The notes beneath the pieces were generated by a model. That model did no database searches. It was not told the origin of the DNA and saw nothing but the letters and a program-made list of their open reading frames with translations. This document shows positions 53,377 to 62,136 of a DNA stretch of 64,000 nt, piece by piece. A program made the position numbers and the translations under genes. The stretch spans positions 6,624 to 70,623 of the forward strand of contig JAIOOX010000001.1 of NCBI GenBank assembly GCA_021414225.1. Reading direction: 5' to 3'. How positions within the stretch are numbered: position 1 is the first letter of the stretch; each line of letters opens with the position of its first letter. Source of the DNA: Candidatus Vogelbacteria bacterium (lineage in GTDB: Bacteria; Patescibacteriota; Minisyncoccia; Phycocordibacterales; XYD1-FULL-46-19).

Positions 53377-55119
53377 CTAAACTCGCTCGCCTGTTTGCTC
53401 ACGCCACATCGCATAGTACAAACCTTTTTGCGCCACCAACTCTTCGTGAGTACCAGACTCACAAATCAACCCTTTCTCTAAAACATAAATCCGATCAGCG
53501 TGCATGATAGTCGACAAGCGGTGAGCAATCATGATCGACAAGTGTTCTTTGGTTAGGGATAACTCCCGGACAGTTTTAGTAATCTCTTCTTCGGTCAGCG
53601 AATCAAGGGCAGAGGTGGCTTCATCAAAAACTAGGATTGTCGGCTGACGCAGTAGAGCTCGAGCGATTGATAGTCGCTGTTTTTCACCACCAGAGACTTT
53701 CACCCCACCTTCCCCAATCAGAGTATCTATCCCCTTGTCTGCCCGAGCTAACAAATTCTGACAGGCACTTTTTTGGAGCACGGTCATTATCTCCTCATCG
53801 GTCGCTTTTGGATTCACAAACAGTAAGTTGTCTTTAATACTGCCAGCAAATAGTTGAGTGTCTTGGGTGACAAAACCAATTTGAGAACGGAACTCCGTGA
53901 AGTCTATTTCGCGTGAAGCAATATCGTTGTAATAAATTTCTCCACTATCCGACTGATACAAACCAACCAATAATTTCACCAGGCTAGTTTTACCCGAACC
54001 AGATGGTCCTACAAATGCAATGCTCTCACCTTTGGTCATACCAAAAGAAATATCTTTAAGGGCTTGATTGGTAGCTGATTGATAAGCAAAAGAAACATGG
54101 TCGAAAGTTAGTTTTTCAACTCGACCAAGCGGCTTAGGATTAGCTGGTACCACCTCTTTTGGTATTTCTAAAATTTCAGCAAACTTACGAAGTGATACTT
54201 CAGCTTCGCGATAACTGTTGATCACCCCTCCCATTTCTTGAAGCGGGTTAAAGACAAAGAAAGAATAGATGAAGAGTGAGAAGAATTCTCCAAACGTAAT
54301 AGTTTGGGTGTACATTAAATACAGCATGAAAAACAAAATCGAAGTCCGTAAAAAGTTAATCAAAGTTCCTTGAACAAAACTTAAACTGCGCACATAGCGT
54401 AACTTTTTTAGTTCTAGATCAAGAATTTTTTCCGTCGTCGTATTGAGACGATTGATCTCTTGATCCACCAAACCTAAACTTTTGACCAATTCAATATTAC
54501 GCAAAGACTCTGTCGTCGAACCAGCCAAGGCGGTCGTCTCTTTCATGATATCTTGTTGCACTACTTTCAACTTCCGACTCAGCACATAACTGATCCCTCC
54601 AATAATTGGGACAGTCAAAGCGTAGGCCAGGGCCACTCCCCAATAAATACTGATGGCGTAGATGGCGATAAAAGTGAACCCGATCAACGACACGAAAACA
54701 ATATTAATAATCGCAGCGATAAACTTTTCGACGTCGCCTCGCACTTTTTGGAGTAAACCTAAAGTCTCCCCACTACGCTGATCTTCAAATACCGAATAAG
54801 GTAGACCTAAAGTATGTTTGACCCCATCAGCATACAGCTCCGCTCCCACTCGTTGAGTGACAGTATTCAGGTAATAGTCCTGAAAATTTTTGGCGACTCG
54901 TGACACAAAAGCCACACCGATCATGGCCAACATTAACCATAACGCTCCTTGCAAAAACTCGGCCTTGGAATACTGGTCAAAATTGGTTGTGTAACCATCT
55001 ATCACGTGCCTAAAGATCAGTGGGTCAAGTAGTGAGAAAATCTGATTAATCGAGGCTAAGACTAAAACCCCCAAACACACTCGCCAATATTTTTTTAAAT
55101 AAGATAATAATAATTTCAT
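53377..55119 (-). CDS. ABC exporter, fused permease/ATPase
   Basis: 6 TM; GPSGSGKT, VSGGEKQR, FDEATSALD, AHRLST. Confidence 0.95.
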   Translation of the reverse strand: MKLLLSYLKKYWRVCLGVLVLASINQIFSLLDPLIFRHVIDGYTTNFDQYSKAEFLQGALWLMLAMIGVAFVSRVAKNFQDYYLNTVTQRVGAELYADGVKHTLGLPYSVFEDQRSGETLGLLQKVRGDVEKFIAAIINIVFVSLIGFTFIAIYAISIYWGVALAYALTVPIIGGISYVLSRKLKVVQQDIMKETTALAGSTTESLRNIELVKSLGLVDQEINRLNTTTEKILDLELKKLRYVRSLSFVQGTLINFLRTSILFFMLYLMYTQTITFGEFFSLFIYSFFVFNPLQEMGGVINSYREAEVSLRKFAEILEIPKEVVPANPKPLGRVEKLTFDHVSFAYQSATNQALKDISFGMTKGESIAFVGPSGSGKTSLVKLLVGLYQSDSGEIYYNDIASREIDFTEFRSQIGFVTQDTQLFAGSIKDNLLFVNPKATDEEIMTVLQKSACQNLLARADKGIDTLIGEGGVKVSGGEKQRLSIARALLRQPTILVFDEATSALDSLTEEEITKTVRELSLTKEHLSIMIAHRLSTIMHADRIYVLEKGLICESGTHEELVAQKGLYYAMWREQTGERV

Positions 55120-55122
55120 AGT

Positions 55123-55611
55123 TTAAATTTTTATTTGATCCATCCCTCGCCAAACATTGGAAGTGCCAATATCTTGATTGCCGGCGGATTTAACATACAA
55201 AAATAACTGCATTTTATACCCGGCCAGCATAGTTAGAACATTAAGTAAAAATAATCTCTTAGTTTGCTTAGTGCCAAACATTTCCACTTCTTGATCTAAA
55301 TCTTCATCCGTAAACCGATTTAGTAATTCTGTAGTTTCAGCCAAAGACTCGTTCATTCGTTCGTCAAAATTAGCTCGAGTAGTACTCTCTGATTTAGCGG
55401 TATAGGCTCCAAAAACTGAATAATCAACAAGTGATATCATCTTCAACATCGACGGTGTCATAATACTGAGATATTGTAACAACTCTAGCAGGCTTCTTTG
55501 TTTATCAGTTGGCTTGTAACCATCCACACCATCTGGAATCTTACTAGCCAGGTGTTTAATTACATTCACTTCATGACTAATAGCACCCAAAAAATGATCT
55601 TTACTATACAT
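55123..55611 (-). CDS. DinB-like helical hypothetical protein
   Basis: YKPTDKQRSLLELLQYL and YKMQLFLY resemble DinB superfamily patterns. Confidence 0.55.
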   Translation of the reverse strand: MYSKDHFLGAISHEVNVIKHLASKIPDGVDGYKPTDKQRSLLELLQYLSIMTPSMLKMISLVDYSVFGAYTAKSESTTRANFDERMNESLAETTELLNRFTDEDLDQEVEMFGTKQTKRLFLLNVLTMLAGYKMQLFLYVKSAGNQDIGTSNVWRGMDQIKI

Positions 55612-55674
55612 AATGATTGTTGGTTAACTTTTAAGTCATGGCAGTATATCAAACAGAGCTCTGTCGAGCTATTC

Positions 55675-56292
55675 TCATTTTTCCTTCGGCCACTCAACCA
55701 CCTCCGCCACCAACCTCTCTATCTTGTCAGCTAAACGCAATTTGGTTAAAACTGCTTTGGAAGCAATATTGTAATGTTTAATTTTGTCTAATTCCTCATC
55801 GATTCCCCACAAATCTTCCTCGGCTTGAGCCCAATCATCAGTGAAACTATTTAAATTAAGTGGCCGTGAATAACAACGCAAAGTTTTTACTCCGTCATAA
55901 GTGAAATACTCGTGAAAATAAGACATCACCAACTCTCGCACATTTTTATAAATTGGTTCTCGGTAACGTAAAACAGAGTGATTGGTTTTTGATAAAGCAC
56001 CCCACAAATTATCCACTTTAAATAAAGTAATCACGTGATCCAAATCATCAGCTGTGGTTTGAAGATGAAGCAAGAGTGGTTCATGCCCGTGTAGTGACAA
56101 AATATAAGCCCCTAGAATTGCCCCCTCAATACAGTGAGCGTTGTTTTCGCGGATCACTCGCACTGGAGACTTGATGACATCCTCACCATCAGGTTCAAAA
56201 TTAAATGGAATACTATTTAAAAAATCCTGAACCTTCGCTGGGGTGTTTAGTTTTTTAAGTAAATTGAGTTCAGCGGTGGTGAATTGAAGCAT
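55675..56292 (-). CDS. Hypothetical protein, transglutaminase-like fold
   Basis: AHCIEGA Cys and DHV His motifs. Confidence 0.55.
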   Translation of the reverse strand: MLQFTTAELNLLKKLNTPAKVQDFLNSIPFNFEPDGEDVIKSPVRVIRENNAHCIEGAILGAYILSLHGHEPLLLHLQTTADDLDHVITLFKVDNLWGALSKTNHSVLRYREPIYKNVRELVMSYFHEYFTYDGVKTLRCYSRPLNLNSFTDDWAQAEEDLWGIDEELDKIKHYNIASKAVLTKLRLADKIERLVAEVVEWPKEK

Positions 56293-56301
56293 TGGTAGAT
56301 T

Positions 56302-56742
56302 TTAGACCTCTAACACATAACCAAATCCGTTTTCGGAAGGAGTCACTTTGGCATAGCGACTAAAAAGACGCACTCTGGCTAACCGTCTTTGCTCTTCCCT
56401 TTCTTCAAGGGCATCTTTTCCAGATGGAAAGAACCAAAACTTTTCAATCCCAGAATCTTCAGCCACCATCTTAATACATTTGGTTATATATTCCATATTA
56501 ACTCCCTCTAATCTATCAACTGGTTTATCGAAAGAGTTTTCGTTTAGTTGTGACGGATCAGCAAACGTTCCAAAAAGGATTTCTGGTAAATCTGGTTGAT
56601 TTTTCCCTGTTGTATCTATAGCAACTGCAACATTTTTAAAAAAATATATCACAACGCCTTCTTTGTGTTCGGTTTTTTCAAACGAAAAATTTTCAAGTTC
56701 ATTAGAACTTTCCTGGACTTGGTCAAATGATTGTCTTTCCAT
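56302..56742 (-). CDS. Hypothetical protein
   Basis: 146-aa ORF with TATAAT 7 nt upstream of ATG. Confidence 0.6.
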   Translation of the reverse strand: MERQSFDQVQESSNELENFSFEKTEHKEGVVIYFFKNVAVAIDTTGKNQPDLPEILFGTFADPSQLNENSFDKPVDRLEGVNMEYITKCIKMVAEDSGIEKFWFFPSGKDALEEREEQRRLARVRLFSRYAKVTPSENGFGYVLEV

Positions 56743-56862
56743 ATTTAAAATTATACCCCGGAGTGGACGAGATTAGAAATTGGGTGCCGTAGTGGATAAG
56801 GGCACACTTAGTTAGGAATGTATTTGAGAGAAGGGATAATACAACGATTTATATTCCCAGGC

Positions 56863-57624
56863 TCAGTTAGGCTTCTTCCTAGTCACAATGGTAGTCAACG
56901 GATAATGAAGAAAGAATTTACCCCCTTCTTCCTCGACACCCAACATCTCTTCCGCTCCACGTAAACATTCTTCAGGAGTTGTTTTTGTCATTGCGTGAAG
57001 CTTGTAGAGAAAAACACCAATATCTTCTTTTTTGTCAAAAACCCATTTGGCATCAAAATCATAAAATTCGGGTTTTTCAAATCCGTTCAAAAAACATAAC
57101 GTATCCGCATATTCTCGACTCCAAAAAGAAACTTCGTGACCGGTCACGCAATACTTAGCTACTCGATCATCAAAATGTTGGGCTAATACAGTTCCAGAAA
57201 AAACATCAGTGATAAGCATTCTAGCCCCAGGCTTTAAAGCACTAAAGAATCTTTTGAAACCTTCTGTTTTATCAAACAAATGATGTAGCGCTCCAAATGA
57301 CCAAATTGCATCTACTGAATTAGGTTGTATGGTTAACGTATCTCCTCCTTCACGTCGAATTTCAATATTACTTCTTTTCAATTGGAGTACACCATCTGAT
57401 TGATCTTCTGATGGATCAGTAACGATTACTTTACCGTTTGGAAGTACGGCATCGGCAATAGTTCCTGAAAAAACACCATTACCTGCACCGACTTCTAAAA
57501 TAACTTCCCCTGGTTGAGGGTTTAGAAATCGTCGCATTACTTCAATGTCCCCTTTTCGAGCGTTAGGAAATTCTAGTAAAGCTTCACCATATAATTGAGC
57601 TCGTATACCATCAAATTCTGCCAT
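56863..57624 (-). CDS. Class I SAM-dependent methyltransferase
   Basis: ILEVGAGNG, VDAIWS..ALHH, LKPGA. Confidence 0.88.
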   Translation of the reverse strand: MAEFDGIRAQLYGEALLEFPNARKGDIEVMRRFLNPQPGEVILEVGAGNGVFSGTIADAVLPNGKVIVTDPSEDQSDGVLQLKRSNIEIRREGGDTLTIQPNSVDAIWSFGALHHLFDKTEGFKRFFSALKPGARMLITDVFSGTVLAQHFDDRVAKYCVTGHEVSFWSREYADTLCFLNGFEKPEFYDFDAKWVFDKKEDIGVFLYKLHAMTKTTPEECLRGAEEMLGVEEEGGKFFLHYPLTTIVTRKKPN

Positions 57625-57723
57625 ATGGTTAAAACTCTACCAGGTTAGAAGTTAAAAGTCATTATATAAAACAAAAGCCGCTGGGCGAACCATACGGCAT
57701 TTGTCGTAAAGATCCTACGATTT

Positions 57724-58107
57724 TCACGACAACTTTCTCATCTTATCAATGAGAGACGATAAACCTAGCTCGCTAGCAGCACCTTCCGAATGTTTGTCCC
57801 GAAAGATAAGCCAGCAGTGAACATGTCCAACCCTCTGACCAGCTTCTTGTCCTTGGTTAAAACTCAGATTGAATGATCTTCCAGCTATTGTCTGGCCAAA
57901 GTGATCACTTAAAAGCTGCTGCGTGGCCCCGTGCCAATCAGACGGCAAATCGATGATCGACTCAACATGCTCTTTGGGAATAATCAGAAAACGATCATCG
58001 ATGACATTACCTCCTCCATCACAGGCGGCGACTAAATAAGCCATGTCATTTTGACACAAGGTTACCACCTTCCCATTCTCAACACAGAACGGACAGTCTT
58101 TTGGCAT
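57724..58107 (-). CDS. HIT family hydrolase
   Basis: CPFC, LIIPKEHV, AGQRVGHVHCW (HxHxW variant). Confidence 0.8.
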   Translation of the reverse strand: MPKDCPFCVENGKVVTLCQNDMAYLVAACDGGGNVIDDRFLIIPKEHVESIIDLPSDWHGATQQLLSDHFGQTIAGRSFNLSFNQGQEAGQRVGHVHCWLIFRDKHSEGAASELGLSSLIDKMRKLS

Positions 58108-58311
58108 AAGAAAACCTCTTTTCTAAAGGATTTGGTTGTAGTTGGATGGTTCTTCTAGGTTAATTATTACAATATATTTAAATGATTGTCAACTTGGGTG
58201 CACTGCTCGCTTTTTGGAGAAGCTCCCAGCACACGCCAAAAATTAGAACTTGCCCTTCGATTACTCAGGACACTGGATTTTTATAGTCACTTCGTTCCTT
58301 AAAAATTCGTG

Positions 58312-58383
58312 GGTGCCTAGAGAGAATCGAACTCTCGATACCGGTTCCACAAACCGGAGTTTTGCCACTAAACTATAGGCACC
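58312..58383 (-). tRNA. tRNA-His(GTG)
   Basis: G-1 GTGCCTA...CCGGT TTGTGGA ACCGG...TTCGATT...TAGGCAC C73; full CCA not encoded. Confidence 0.93.
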
Positions 58384-58408
58384 ATATGTTTTTACTTTCG
58401 CCAAAAAG

Positions 58409-58963
58409 CTATTTATAGCTTGGCGGTTCCTCTGTTATACCAGATTTAGCATTACTAAGTCTAGCTAAAGCGTATAGAAGACTCGATAAACGATTTAGAT
58501 AAGGCAACGTAAATTCTCCTAATTTGACAGCTCCCTCTTCTGAGACACCCACCACCCGCCGCTCCGCCCGCCTAGCAATCGTTCGACCAATATCAAACAA
58601 GGCAGCTAATTCTGAACCACCGGAGACAAAGAAAGATGTGATCGGCGGTAATTCTTGTTCCATTCCGTCTACTAAAGTTTCTAAGCCTTTCACTTTCTCT
58701 TCAATAATATGTTTATCCGCTCCGGCCAACTCTGCCTGAATAATAAATAGATTATGTTGAACCTCGCCTACAATATCAGCAAAGGTTCTATCAGAAGCAA
58801 TCGTAAAATTTTGTTCAGCCGACTTAACTTTACACAAACCCAAGAAAGAATTTATTTCATCCAAAGTCCCTAAAGCTTCAGCAATAGCCGAACTTTTAGA
58901 AATTCTTTGATCACAACCAAAAGTTTTGGTTGTACCTTTGTCACCTTTTCGAGTATAGAGCAT
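58409..58963 (-). CDS. PduO-type cob(I)alamin adenosyltransferase
   Basis: LYTRKGDKGTT, GTLDEINS, RTIARRAERR, YLNRLSS. Confidence 0.92.
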   Translation of the reverse strand: MLYTRKGDKGTTKTFGCDQRISKSSAIAEALGTLDEINSFLGLCKVKSAEQNFTIASDRTFADIVGEVQHNLFIIQAELAGADKHIIEEKVKGLETLVDGMEQELPPITSFFVSGGSELAALFDIGRTIARRAERRVVGVSEEGAVKLGEFTLPYLNRLSSLLYALARLSNAKSGITEEPPSYK

Positions 58964-59009
58964 AAGAAAATAATTCGGGGGGCGCAAGTCTTAAAACTCA
59001 CGCCCCCCC

Positions 59010-59228
59010 CTAGAAGAATACATCTCTGGCGTTGGCCATTTGAGCTTCGGTACAGACCACCCAAGATTCACAACGCTCGTCGCTGGAACTAGATTCTACC
59101 GGGTACTGATCTCGCACCGCCTCTTCGGCTTCGGTCTTAGAATTAAAACATCCTTCAAGTTGGTACACCTCTGGCTGACCCTTGCCAGCAGGAGGGAAAA
59201 ATATAACATTATATTTTTCCTTTGGCAT
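59010..59228 (-). CDS. Small hypothetical protein
   Basis: AGAAAGGAGGT SD 5 nt before ATG; GC hairpin 58977-59010 downstream. Confidence 0.6.
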   Translation of the reverse strand: MPKEKYNVIFFPPAGKGQPEVYQLEGCFNSKTEAEEAVRDQYPVESSSSDERCESWVVCTEAQMANARDVFF

Positions 59229-59293
59229 GGGAGACCTCCTTTCTATCTAATTATAGACGAAGCAGACACCCCGCACAAGCAAGTTGTGCGGGG

Positions 59294-59566
59294 CTAAAAA
59301 AAAGGAAAGAACATCTGGCGGGTCAGTTTGTGTTTAGGGGCTTCAGGTAACTTCTGGCGACCCCAAATTCTCACATACTCAACACTGTCCAGTGGTGAAG
59401 AAAGAAGCTCTCTGTGTTTTTTCTTAACAAAAGCACAAGCCTGCCTAGCTGAAAAAGCATAAACTTCCCTGATAAACTCCACAACCTTATCTGGGCGCTT
59501 ACCAAAAACATACCAGGTTTTCTTCTGTTTCCGTTTTTTCTTTTTGGCTTTTTTCTGTTTAGCCAC
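59294..59566 (-). CDS. Small basic hypothetical protein
   Basis: AGAAAGGGGGTG SD then GTG at 59566; Lys-rich N-terminus; hairpin 59269-59293 downstream. Confidence 0.55.
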   Translation of the reverse strand: MAKQKKAKKKKRKQKKTWYVFGKRPDKVVEFIREVYAFSARQACAFVKKKHRELLSSPLDSVEYVRIWGRQKLPEAPKHKLTRQMFFPFF

Positions 59567-59622
59567 AGGTATCACCCCCTTTCTATCTTTGACTTTACTC
59601 TCGGTAAATTAAAAATCAACTG

Positions 59623-59704
59623 TGCGCGGGGGGAGACTTGAACTCCCACGCCTTGCGGCACACGCACCTCAAGCGTGCTTGGCTACCAGTTACAACACCC
59701 GCGC
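59623..59704 (-). tRNA. tRNA-Leu(GAG)
   Basis: GCGCGGG acceptor, CACGC TTGAGGT GCGTG anticodon arm, long variable arm GCCGCAAGGC. Confidence 0.93.
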
Positions 59705-59733
59705 ATAGGTCATATTATTGTCTGTCTCCATCA

Positions 59734-59768
59734 AAAAAACAAGCGGACAATTGTCCGCTTGTTTTTTA
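59734..59768 (-). terminator. Terminator after rplS
   Basis: AAAAAACAAGCGGAC-AATT-GTCCGCTTGTTTTTT. Confidence 0.8.
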
Positions 59769-60266
59769 TTTCTCTTCAGTGGTTTCTGCTGGCGTTTCTG
59801 TTTCTGGTATCTCTTCACCCGTTGCTTCGGCGACAGCTACCTCATTGGCGGCAGTGATCACCTCTTCGGGTGTAACGTACAATTCTTCATCTTCGTTAAC
59901 AGCCTTAACTCCTGTTTGTTTCATCCGACGACGAATCTCTTTAGCTGCTTTGTCACGGATATAATAAAGTTTAGCTTTGCGAACTTTAGAAGTTTTAACG
60001 ATTTCAATCTTATCAATATTAGGAGAATAGAGTGGGAAAATCTTTTCCATGCCCACCCCACTAGCTACCTTGCGAACAGTAAAAGTCGCCCCTGGTTCAA
60101 AACCATGTTTGCGAGCAATAACCAAACCTTCATAAGCTTGAAGACGGGTCTTGCCTTTTTCCTGAATTTTTTGCCAAACTCGCACTGTCGTACCAGGGCG
60201 AAGGTCAACTTTTTGACGCTTAACCATATCGACAGACGAAACTTTGAAGGCGGTAGCTAATGACAT
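59766..60266 (-). CDS. rplS: 50S ribosomal protein bL19 with acidic C-terminal extension
   Basis: PGTTVRV, RLQAYEGLVI, FTVRK, KVRKAKLYYIR. Confidence 0.96.
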   Translation of the reverse strand: MSLATAFKVSSVDMVKRQKVDLRPGTTVRVWQKIQEKGKTRLQAYEGLVIARKHGFEPGATFTVRKVASGVGMEKIFPLYSPNIDKIEIVKTSKVRKAKLYYIRDKAAKEIRRRMKQTGVKAVNEDEELYVTPEEVITAANEVAVAEATGEEIPETETPAETTEEK

Positions 60267-60282
60267 AACAGTGAAGACATTA

Positions 60283-61008
60283 TCACAAACTGGCTAGGTA
60301 ATCAAGGGCAGAAGTGAAATCAGCCGGGGTTTCTGCCTCTAAATGAAAAACTTCCCCCTCTGGGCTCTTAAATTCCAAGATCTTAGCATGTAGAGCCTGG
60401 CGACCAAGTCCTGGTAAACACTCCCGACCGGGGGCATATAAGGAATCACAAACAATCGGATGACTGATAAACTTTAAATGCACCCTAATCTGATGAGTTC
60501 GCCCAGTCTCTGGTTTGACCTCCAAATAACTATACCCAGGAAATTGTTTAATCACTTGATAGTTCGTTTTAGCCTCCCGCAACTTACCCACCGCCTGTTT
60601 GTAGGCCGATCGGACCCGAGGATCTTTCCGACTACGACCAATTGCTGACTCTATGACCCCCTCTTCCTCTTTAAAGTTGCCATAAACCAGAGCTTGGTAG
60701 GTTTTTTTAATCTCGTGATTTTGAAAAGCTTCCTTTAACCAATCATAAGCTGACTGTTTTTTGGCAATCAATAAAATACCGCTAGTGTCTTTGTCTAGGC
60801 GATGAACAATACCCGGTCGATCAATTACTTCCCCGGAATCCAATTTCATTGACTCACCCACCCCTCGACACTCTGGATGGCACTTCAAAACCCAGTCGAC
60901 TAAAGTTTGATTAGAAGAGTGACTATCACCATGAACAGCTAAACCGGCCGGCTTATTAACAGCCAAGAAATCATCACCCTCATAAACAACAGGAATATTA
61001 ATCATCAT
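60283..61008 (-). CDS. RluA/RluD family pseudouridine synthase
   Basis: VNKPAG, HRLDKDTSG, TGRTHQIRVH, ALHA; start uncertain (61005/61008/61026). Confidence 0.93.
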   Translation of the reverse strand: MMINIPVVYEGDDFLAVNKPAGLAVHGDSHSSNQTLVDWVLKCHPECRGVGESMKLDSGEVIDRPGIVHRLDKDTSGILLIAKKQSAYDWLKEAFQNHEIKKTYQALVYGNFKEEEGVIESAIGRSRKDPRVRSAYKQAVGKLREAKTNYQVIKQFPGYSYLEVKPETGRTHQIRVHLKFISHPIVCDSLYAPGRECLPGLGRQALHAKILEFKSPEGEVFHLEAETPADFTSALDYLASL

Positions 61009-61064
61009 GTCTTGATAAAATGACACAAATACTGTATTGTAGCAATGTTTGCAACCAAATAGGC

Positions 61065-61140
61065 GGGCGATTAGCTCAGTTGGTAGAGCAACTCATTTAC
61101 ACTGAGAAGGTCAGGGGTTCGAGTCCCTTATCGCCCACCA
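61065..61140 (+). tRNA. tRNA-Val(TAC), CCA encoded
   Basis: GGGCGAT TAGCTCAGTTGGTAGAGC...TTTACAC...GGTTCGAGTCC...ATCGCCC A CCA. Confidence 0.94.
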
Positions 61141-61186
61141 CAAACAAAAAAGTCTTTGATCTAATCAAAGACTTTTTTGTTTGTGG
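61138..61186. terminator. 23-bp perfect inverted repeat between convergent tRNAs
   Basis: CCACAAACAAAAAAGTCTTTGAT-CTA-ATCAAAGACTTTTTTGTTTGTGG. Confidence 0.85.
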
Positions 61187-61187
61187 G

Positions 61188-61259
61188 TGCCCCTGGTTGG
61201 AATCGAACCAACATTAACGGCTTAGAAGTCCGCTGTTCTATCCATTGAACTACGGGGGC
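61188..61259 (-). tRNA. tRNA-Arg(TCT)
   Basis: GCCCCCG TAGTTCAATGGATAGAAC...CTTCTAA...GGTTCGATTCC...CAGGGGC A; single mismatches in acceptor and anticodon stems. Confidence 0.88.
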
Positions 61260-61293
61260 AAGCTGGTTCGTTAACCCTCCAAATATACTGTCA

Positions 61294-61596
61294 TTATAAC
61301 GAAGGGTCAACAACCTTGGGTGCTGCTTTATAAAGTAAGTCAAATCGATCAGCTCTACGATCTAAAATAGAAACTGCCTCATCCAAATCTTTTTGATTAA
61401 TTGTTGTTTTCTTGGCAATTTCTATTTGAATAGACTCAGCATCTCCGGCCCGCCACAAATTAAAATAATCAACAGCCAACCAACCACAAACAACCGCAGC
61501 TATCAGCAAAAAAACAGTAAGCAAAATAAACCAATCTCGATCAGGATTAATACTCTCCTGTTTGTCTAATTTACGAAGTATTAAAAGATTTTTCAT
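61294..61596 (-). CDS. Hypothetical single-TM protein, last gene of pilMNO cluster
   Basis: RDWFILL TM, VVDPS end; position. Confidence 0.6.
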   Translation of the reverse strand: MKNLLILRKLDKQESINPDRDWFILLTVFLLIAAVVCGWLAVDYFNLWRAGDAESIQIEIAKKTTINQKDLDEAVSILDRRADRFDLLYKAAPKVVDPSL

Positions 61597-61628
61597 AATT
61601 CAATTATTTTAGAGAAACTAATTATTCA

Positions 61629-62129
61629 TTAAATAATGAACCTCAAGGTCAAACTAACCGTCCAAAGGCTTTTTCTCGGATCATCTGTAGAAACCGCCAT
61701 GTCACTGGATTCAATAAAAACCGGGTAAGGCATAGTCTCGACTAGACCAATCAGTCTATAGATAGCAGAGAATGACCCGCTCCCTTTTACGATAAAAGTG
61801 GTTCCTTCATTACCGCCAACATGTTCCAAATTTATAACCACCCCAGCCTGCTTAGCGATTGATTCTAGAGATTCAATCAAAAGTACAATTTGATCTAATT
61901 TGAGATTAAATTTATCTAACTCTTCACGAGCTCCAGTAGTTTGTTTGTATTGTTGCTGAGCTTTAACTAAAGATATTTCTTGTTGTTTCTTTGTCGCTAA
62001 ATCTGTGGCTAAATTTTCTAAACTGTGTACTTTTTGGTGAACAAAAAATCTAACAGCTAAAACCAGAATAATTAAAAACAAAGTTAGCATTAAAGCACTG
62101 ATGGTTTTTAAAAATAAGGATCGGGGCAT
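61629..62129 (-). CDS. PilO-like type IV pilus alignment protein
   Basis: TM, coiled coil, GSFSAIYRLIGLVETMPY ferredoxin-like motif; start set at 62129. Confidence 0.7.
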   Translation of the reverse strand: MPRSLFLKTISALMLTLFLIILVLAVRFFVHQKVHSLENLATDLATKKQQEISLVKAQQQYKQTTGAREELDKFNLKLDQIVLLIESLESIAKQAGVVINLEHVGGNEGTTFIVKGSGSFSAIYRLIGLVETMPYPVFIESSDMAVSTDDPRKSLWTVSLTLRFII

Positions 62130-62136
62130 ATACCAA

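Noticed and set aside
48188-59575. Prophage or transposon explaining the accessory genes
   Set aside because: No integrase, transposase or structural genes; unknown ORFs are interleaved with housekeeping genes.
59638-60260. Plus-strand ORFs opposite tRNA-Leu and rplS
   Set aside because: Antisense to confident genes, with no coding features.
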